A DNA stretch of 64,000 nt from contig CP045477.1 in NCBI GenBank assembly GCA_009392915.1, positions 384,001 through 448,000 of the forward strand, read 5' to 3'. Positions 59,018-64,000 of this stretch are shown piece after piece (position 1 is the first letter of the stretch; each line of letters begins with the position of its first letter). The position numbers and the translations under genes were made by a program. The notes under the pieces were generated by a model. It was not told the origin of the DNA and searched no databases. It was given only the letters and a program-made list of their open reading frames with translations. The stretch comes from Candidatus Forterrea multitransposorum CG_2015-17_Forterrea_25_41 (GTDB lineage: Archaea; Iainarchaeota; Iainarchaeia; Iainarchaeales; CSSED10-239).

Positions 59018-59921
59018 CTTTTTTAACCTGCCCTTTAGATAAATATTTAGGGTTTACAAATCTTTTTTTACCTGAAAAAGCAGAATAGTCTTCTGGAACT
59101 TTTAGATTTTTATTTTTTAATTTATTAATAGTAAAAGAGACTAAAGGATCCTTAAATTTTTTAATCTTTTTAATAATATAGTCATCAGTCTTATAGAAAT
59201 CTCTTAAATAAATTATTTTTTCACTTAAAGCTTTTTTTAAAAGATCAATAAAAAGATTATACTTATACATGTGAAGTTTTCCACCCCAATGATTCTCTGC
59301 AAAATATTTATAGTTTTTATAAAAGTTTAAAGCTGATTTTTTAGTATTAAAAATAATTTCATTTTCTACAACAATTAAATCATTTACCATTCTCTCTAAA
59401 GTATTTTTATCTTTTTTATAATAATAAAACTCTCTAAAAGTATAATCAAGCCTATCTGCACAAAGGTCAGGTGCATCTCTTTCAAGTAAAGGATAGTTTT
59501 TAAAATCAGAAATTTCTTCTAAACTGATTTTGTATTTTTTAAATATTTTAATTATTTCTTTATCTTTTTTTAAAAAACCATAAAAAATATTGTCTCCATG
59601 TGCTTCTTCTTGATTCTCTAGAAGATAATCATAAAGATGAGAAAAAGCCATGTGAGAAGCGTCATGCAAAAGACCAGCTATCTTTTCTTTTAAAGGAGCA
59701 TTAAATTTTTCTAAAAGAAGTAAAACACCCACACTATGTTCATATCTTGAAAACTCAATACCATAGTGCCATTTTTTAGGTAAACCTTGCTGTCTAATCT
59801 CTTTTAATCTTAAAATTACTTTTGACTTTAAAAGAGCTATTAGTACAGGTTCAGTTATTTTAAAAGAACCATAGACAGGATCTTTAATAATAACATAATT
59901 TTTATAAAAAGTAAGTTTCAT
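59010..59921 (-). CDS. HD-domain metal-dependent phosphohydrolase
   Basis: The HD motif is HSVGVLLLLEK...IAGLLHDASHMAFSH. Confidence 0.6.
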   Translation of the reverse strand: MKLTFYKNYVIIKDPVYGSFKITEPVLIALLKSKVILRLKEIRQQGLPKKWHYGIEFSRYEHSVGVLLLLEKFNAPLKEKIAGLLHDASHMAFSHLYDYLLENQEEAHGDNIFYGFLKKDKEIIKIFKKYKISLEEISDFKNYPLLERDAPDLCADRLDYTFREFYYYKKDKNTLERMVNDLIVVENEIIFNTKKSALNFYKNYKYFAENHWGGKLHMYKYNLFIDLLKKALSEKIIYLRDFYKTDDYIIKKIKKFKDPLVSFTINKLKNKNLKVPEDYSAFSGKKRFVNPKYLSKGQVKKVI

Positions 59922-59985
59922 ACAATAGATATTATACTTTAAAAAGATTTAAAAAAAGAAGTATTTTTTCTTTTTTAAAAAAAAA

Positions 59986-60732
59986 TTATACTTCCATTCT
60001 TGAAAATAATTTACTTGCAATTACAACAGAAAATATCATAAGTGTAATTAATATAATAATACTAATAACTACTGAAAAAGAATTAATTCCAATTAAAAAA
60101 TATCTAATTAAATCAACAGCATAAGTTAATGGGTTTAAAGAAGTAATTATTGAAATTGCTTTTGGAAGATTATCTAAAGGAAATAAAGCCCCTGATAAAA
60201 AAAATAAAGGCATTACTAAAAGATTCATCAGTAATTGAAAACCTTGCATATCTGTTAATTTAGAAGCAATTGCAGTTCCAATTGCTGTAAAAAGAATAGC
60301 TGTAATTAACATTGAAATAATAGATAATAAAGCAAACCAAACATTAAATATCTTAAATCCAAATAATAAAGAAATTAAAAGAATAATTATTCCTTGCATA
60401 ACAGCAATTGTAGCTCCACCTAATACCTTTCCAATCATTATTTTAAGTCTTGAAACAGGAGCAACTAATGTTTCTTTTAAAAAACCAAATTGCTTATCCC
60501 ATATAAGTTCAATTCCAGAAAATATTGATGAAAATAAAACACTCATAGAAATTATTCCAGGAACTAAAAATTGAAGATAACTTCCTTGACCTGCTTGTTC
60601 AAAAACAGGACCAAAACCAAAACCAAAAGCAACTAAAAAAAGTAAAGGTTGTGCAAAAGATCCTATAACTCTAGATTTATTTCTATAAAATCTTTTCAAT
60701 TGTCTTTGCCATAGAATATATACTGTGTTCAT
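59986..60732 (-). CDS. ABC-2 family transporter permease
   Basis: A six-TM ABC-2 type membrane protein, directly downstream of an ABC ATPase. Confidence 0.75.
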   Translation of the reverse strand: MNTVYILWQRQLKRFYRNKSRVIGSFAQPLLFLVAFGFGFGPVFEQAGQGSYLQFLVPGIISMSVLFSSIFSGIELIWDKQFGFLKETLVAPVSRLKIMIGKVLGGATIAVMQGIIILLISLLFGFKIFNVWFALLSIISMLITAILFTAIGTAIASKLTDMQGFQLLMNLLVMPLFFLSGALFPLDNLPKAISIITSLNPLTYAVDLIRYFLIGINSFSVVISIIILITLMIFSVVIASKLFSRMEV

Positions 60733-60746
60733 AATTAATTCAAATT

Positions 60747-61535
60747 TTATTTTCTAGAGTGAAGTTTTCTTCCAAGTCTCATTCTATCAAGATTACTTGC
60801 TTCTTCTTCTCTTATGTTATAACCTGTAATCTTAATAAAAGCGTCTTCTAAACTTTTTGTTTTAGTTTTTTTAAGAATTTCTTTAATATTACCTGTTGTA
60901 ATTATTTTTCCTTTATCAATAATTGAAACTTTTTTTGCAACTTTTTCAACTTCGTCCATATAATGTGTTGTAAAAAAGATTGTTGTTTTTTCAGATTTAT
61001 TAATCTTTAAGATATATTCCCAGATATGTTTTCTTGTCTGAGGATCAAGACCTACTGTAGGTTCATCTAAAAATAATATTTTTGGAACATGTAAAAGCCC
61101 TCTTGCAATTTCAAGTCTTCTTTTCATTCCTCCAGAAAAAGTTGAAACATAATCGTCTTTCCTTTCATAAAGTTCAACAATATTTAATAATTTTTTTATT
61201 CTTTCCTCAATTTCTATTTTAGGAACTTTATATAAAACTGCATGTATTTTCATGTTTTCATAAGCAGTTAACTCATCATCAACACTAGGATCTTGAAAAA
61301 CAATACCAAAAGATTCTCGAACCTTCTTTGAATCTTTAAAAATATCAAAACCATTTAAAGAAACATTACCAGATGTTGGTTTTAAAATAGTTGTAAGCAT
61401 TTTTATAGTAGTTGATTTACCAGCACCATTTGGTCCTAAAAAAGCAAAGATTTCTCCTTTACTAACTTCAAGAGAAATATTATCAACAACTTTAGTTTTA
61501 CCATAAACTTTTGTAAGATTTTTAATTTTTATCAT
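60747..61535 (-). CDS. ABC transporter ATP-binding protein (ABC-2/DrrA-like)
   Basis: Walker A is GPNGAGKST, the signature is FSGGMKRRLEIARGL and Walker B is LFLDEPTVGLD. Confidence 0.9.
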   Translation of the reverse strand: MIKIKNLTKVYGKTKVVDNISLEVSKGEIFAFLGPNGAGKSTTIKMLTTILKPTSGNVSLNGFDIFKDSKKVRESFGIVFQDPSVDDELTAYENMKIHAVLYKVPKIEIEERIKKLLNIVELYERKDDYVSTFSGGMKRRLEIARGLLHVPKILFLDEPTVGLDPQTRKHIWEYILKINKSEKTTIFFTTHYMDEVEKVAKKVSIIDKGKIITTGNIKEILKKTKTKSLEDAFIKITGYNIREEEASNLDRMRLGRKLHSRK

Positions 61536-61586
61536 AAATAATCATTTTAAATAATAAAGTATACGTGAAAAAGAATATATTAGTAA

Positions 61587-62681
61587 CTATTTAAAAGAAT
61601 TAATGATTCCTCCACCTAAACAAACCTTTCCTTTATAAAAAACACAAAATTGCCCTATAGTTACAAATTTTTGTGAATTTTTAAAAACAACTCTCAAGGT
61701 TTTATTTTTTAAGTTAGGATAAACAATAGCATCTTGTTTTTCTTGACCATACCTTATCTTTACTTTTAATTTAATTTCTTTTTCTTTTAATATTTCATTT
61801 CCAGAAATAAAACTATAATCAGTAACAACTATTTCCTTTGAGAAAAGAGGAGTTTGCTTTTTTGTAACATAGATAATGTTTTTATTCCTATTAAAATCTT
61901 TTACAAAATATTTTTCAGGAAAACCTAGACCTTTTCTCTGTCCTCTAGTGTAAAACCATAAGCCTTTATGCTGTCCAAGATATCTTCCTTCATCATCATA
62001 AATAGGTCCTGGATTTTCTCCTAAACTTTCCTTAATAAACTCTGTTAAAGAGCTTCTATGTGCAAAACAAAAGTCTTGACTTTGTTTCTTTTTAACAAAA
62101 ATATCTAAATTATTTTCTCCAGCAACAAGACAAACTTCTTCTTTTGTAAAAGAAGAGACTGGAAACTCTAATCTTTTTATCCACTCTTGTGGAAGCATGG
62201 AAAGCATATATGTCTGATCCTTAAACTTATCTTTAGGTTCTATAAGTTGATAAGTTTTAAGTCTTTTGTTATATCTTTTAGATGCAAAATGACCAGTTGC
62301 AACTTTCTCAATACCATGTATATTCCCCCATTCAATTAAATGTTTTATTTTATGCTCTAAGTTACAATGAATACATGGATTTGGAACTCTTCCATTCTTT
62401 AGCTCTTTTAAAAAATATTTTACAACAGTTTCTTTAAATTCTTTTTTAACATCATAGATATGGTGCTCTATTCCTAAGTCCTTACAGACTAAAGAAACTA
62501 AGTTTAATGAATCAATTGTACAACAAGCATTTTCTGTATCAATATTTTTAGAACTATCCCATATTGGTAAAGCTAAAGATACAGCTATAGGTGTATATCC
62601 TTGTTTTTTAAGTAAAACTAAGGAAACCATAGAGTCAACTCCACCAGAGACTCCAACAACAATTCTTTTATCTTTTTCCAT
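61587..62681 (-). CDS. mnmA: tRNA-specific 2-thiouridylase MnmA
   Basis: The PP-loop is VGVSGGVDSMVS. Also present are NPCIHCN, ATGHFA, KDQTYML and the C-terminal GQRKGLG block. Confidence 0.85.
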   Translation of the reverse strand: MEKDKRIVVGVSGGVDSMVSLVLLKKQGYTPIAVSLALPIWDSSKNIDTENACCTIDSLNLVSLVCKDLGIEHHIYDVKKEFKETVVKYFLKELKNGRVPNPCIHCNLEHKIKHLIEWGNIHGIEKVATGHFASKRYNKRLKTYQLIEPKDKFKDQTYMLSMLPQEWIKRLEFPVSSFTKEEVCLVAGENNLDIFVKKKQSQDFCFAHRSSLTEFIKESLGENPGPIYDDEGRYLGQHKGLWFYTRGQRKGLGFPEKYFVKDFNRNKNIIYVTKKQTPLFSKEIVVTDYSFISGNEILKEKEIKLKVKIRYGQEKQDAIVYPNLKNKTLRVVFKNSQKFVTIGQFCVFYKGKVCLGGGIINSFK

Positions 62682-62761
62682 ATTTAAAAAAACCTTATAC
62701 CTTTAAATAAACTTTCATCTTATATACTATTATAACAAAATATTTGAGGTGAAATTAAATT

Positions 62762-63040
62762 ATGACATATGAAGAAACATCAAAACTTTCTGAAAAAACA
62801 TTAAACCTTAGAAGAGCAATTGATTCTTTAAGAGAAGAGCTTGAAGCTGTTGACTATTACCAACAAAGAGCAGATGCAACAAATGACCCTGAACTTAAGA
62901 AAATCTTAGAACATAACAGAGATGAAGAAAAGGAACATGCAGCAATGCTTATTGAGTGGCTTAGAAGAAACGATTCTCGTTTTGAAAAAGAACTTAAAGA
63001 TTATCTTTTCACAGATAAAGAGATAGGACATCACGAATAG
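62762..63040 (+). CDS. Small ferritin-like / rubrerythrin-like four-helix protein (tentative)
   Basis: EELEAVDYYQQRA...ELKKILEHNRDEEKEHAAMLIEWL resembles the ExxH diiron motifs of ferritin-like and encapsulated-ferritin-like proteins. Confidence 0.3.
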   Translation: MTYEETSKLSEKTLNLRRAIDSLREELEAVDYYQQRADATNDPELKKILEHNRDEEKEHAAMLIEWLRRNDSRFEKELKDYLFTDKEIGHHE

Positions 63041-63128
63041 ATTTTTTTTATAAAAAAAATCTTTTTCTTTTTTTCTTTTTATTTTGTTTTTAAAAAAACT
63101 TAATTTTCTTTTTCCCTTAAAACAAAAA

Positions 63129-64000
63129 CTATTCTCTTGAATAATAATTTTCAAGTTCCCTTATCTGGTCAACCTTAAACTCTTTTGTCATATCTTCAAG
63201 TAAACTTACCTCTTGAGGAGTAATGATTGGTTTTTTAAAGTTTGCAAAATCATCATATGCTATTCTTGGGCATGCAGTATTAACATAACAATCTATCTTC
63301 ATACCTAAAATATATTCTTCCTTTACATAATCTGATGCAAAGAGATATACTTTTTTACCTAATTTTTCTAATTTTTCTTGAATATGTCTTGCAAACCTTA
63401 ATCTAAACTGTCCATGCTTTGAACTTACTAAAATACCAAAAGTTTTAGAAGTTAAAGCTTTTGCAACTAAACCATATCTCTGTCTTACAAATCTATCATT
63501 AATTTCTAATTTTTTAGTTTCTCTTAAAATAGGATTAATAACATAGATATCCCTTTCTTCAAAAACAAAACCTAAGTTGTTTGGATGAAAGACTCCATCT
63601 CCTATGTAAATAATAGGGTTTTCTTTATCAATAATAGTTGAAGAATCACAACCTAAAACCATATGCTTTCTAACATGCATAGTTTCTTTTGAGTCTAAGA
63701 CTTCTATTCCTGAAGAAATTAATTCTTTTTTAATTTCTAAAATATCATCTAAGAAATTAGTTGTTGTAACTAAGTTTATTTTTTTTAAGTTAAGTTTTTT
63801 AATTTCTGAAAATATAAACTCTTTTTCTTCTTTTGAAAATAAATAACCAACAGGTACAAAATAAGTATTGATCAGTGGTTTGTTCATGTAGTTATGTCCA
63901 AAATGAACTAATGCCTTACATCCAAAATCAATAGCTTCTTGGTCTTTGATATCACAAGCACCAAAGCAAGGGTCAACAAACAATACTGGTTTATAGTCTT
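63129..64000 (-). CDS. dph2: Diphthamide biosynthesis enzyme Dph2 (2-(3-amino-3-carboxypropyl)histidine synthase), N-terminally truncated by the window edge
   Basis: VDPCFGACD and ALVHFGHN match the Dph2 Cys/His blocks. The frame remains open upstream of the track's TTG start to position 64000. Confidence 0.75.
   Translation of the reverse strand, partial: DYKPVLFVDPCFGACDIKDQEAIDFGCKALVHFGHNYMNKPLINTYFVPVGYLFSKEEKEFIFSEIKKLNLKKINLVTTTNFLDDILEIKKELISSGIEVLDSKETMHVRKHMVLGCDSSTIIDKENPIIYIGDGVFHPNNLGFVFEERDIYVINPILRETKKLEINDRFVRQRYGLVAKALTSKTFGILVSSKHGQFRLRFARHIQEKLEKLGKKVYLFASDYVKEEYILGMKIDCYVNTACPRIAYDDFANFKKPIITPQEVSLLEDMTKEFKVDQIRELENYYSRE

Noticed and set aside
62762-63040. Encapsulin cargo (EncFtn) interpretation of the small ferritin-like protein
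   Set aside because: No encapsulin shell gene is adjacent; the neighbours are mnmA and dph2. Only a generic ferritin-like call is kept.
1-64000. CRISPR arrays, rRNA genes, transposase/integrase genes
   Set aside because: No regularly spaced direct repeats with unique spacers were seen. There are no rRNA-like GC-rich blocks and no ORF with recognisable transposase or integrase motifs.

Overview
This window is AT-rich (about 25–30% GC) and densely coded, mostly on the minus strand, with frequent 4-bp start/stop overlaps. Archaeal markers are present: deoxyhypusine synthase, a diphthamide Dph2 fragment, an archaeal-type LeuRS, a PolB-like exonuclease, TATA-like promoters and a tRNA without an encoded CCA. 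They sit alongside bacterial-like repair and stress genes (UvrB, Fe/Mn-SOD, MnmA, PspC, a Trx–CcdA fusion). The mix fits a small-genome DPANN-like archaeon, but that assignment is tentative. Housekeeping content includes a polyamine/hypusine cluster (agmatinase-family ureohydrolase, a DEAD-box helicase with a repetitive RD/RG tail, a PLP decarboxylase and DHS) and a lipoyl/redox cluster (LplA-like, AhpD-like, GcvH, Trx–CcdA). Elsewhere there are three ABC transporters, a peroxiredoxin, Fe/Mn SOD, leuS, mnmA, a tRNA-Tyr and a large surface protein. The most striking region is 26.5–37.4 kb, a single translationally coupled Type I R-M operon (hsdM…hsdS…hsdR). An OLD-family ABC-ATPase/Toprim nuclease lies between hsdS and hsdR, in the position PrrC occupies in the E. 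coli prr locus. An uncharacterised three-gene module (a PIN-like protein plus two small membrane proteins) lies between hsdS and hsdM. A paralogous membrane protein follows hsdR, and an EVE-like reader gene flanks hsdM. Downstream is a further accessory cluster (RHH, EEP nuclease, HExxH, ASCH, an AlbA_2/Schlafen-like ATPase regulator). A second notable signal is a 21-bp GC-rich motif, AGAGGGTAAATGGCCGAGAAA, found four times. Each copy sits just upstream of a TATA-like element of a DNA-repair-type gene (uvrB, a DinD-like gene, a PolB-like exonuclease, the AlbA_2 ATPase regulator), so it is a candidate DNA-damage-regulon operator. Other observations are a small cassette (AbiE-like TA plus DinD-like) bounded by a duplicated GNAT 3' end, a tandem paralogous gene family with a decayed third copy, and in-frame 12-bp and 66-bp coding tandem repeats. 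No CRISPR array, rRNA or clear transposase/integrase was seen. ORF starts from the track sometimes use TTG, so 5' boundaries are approximate.
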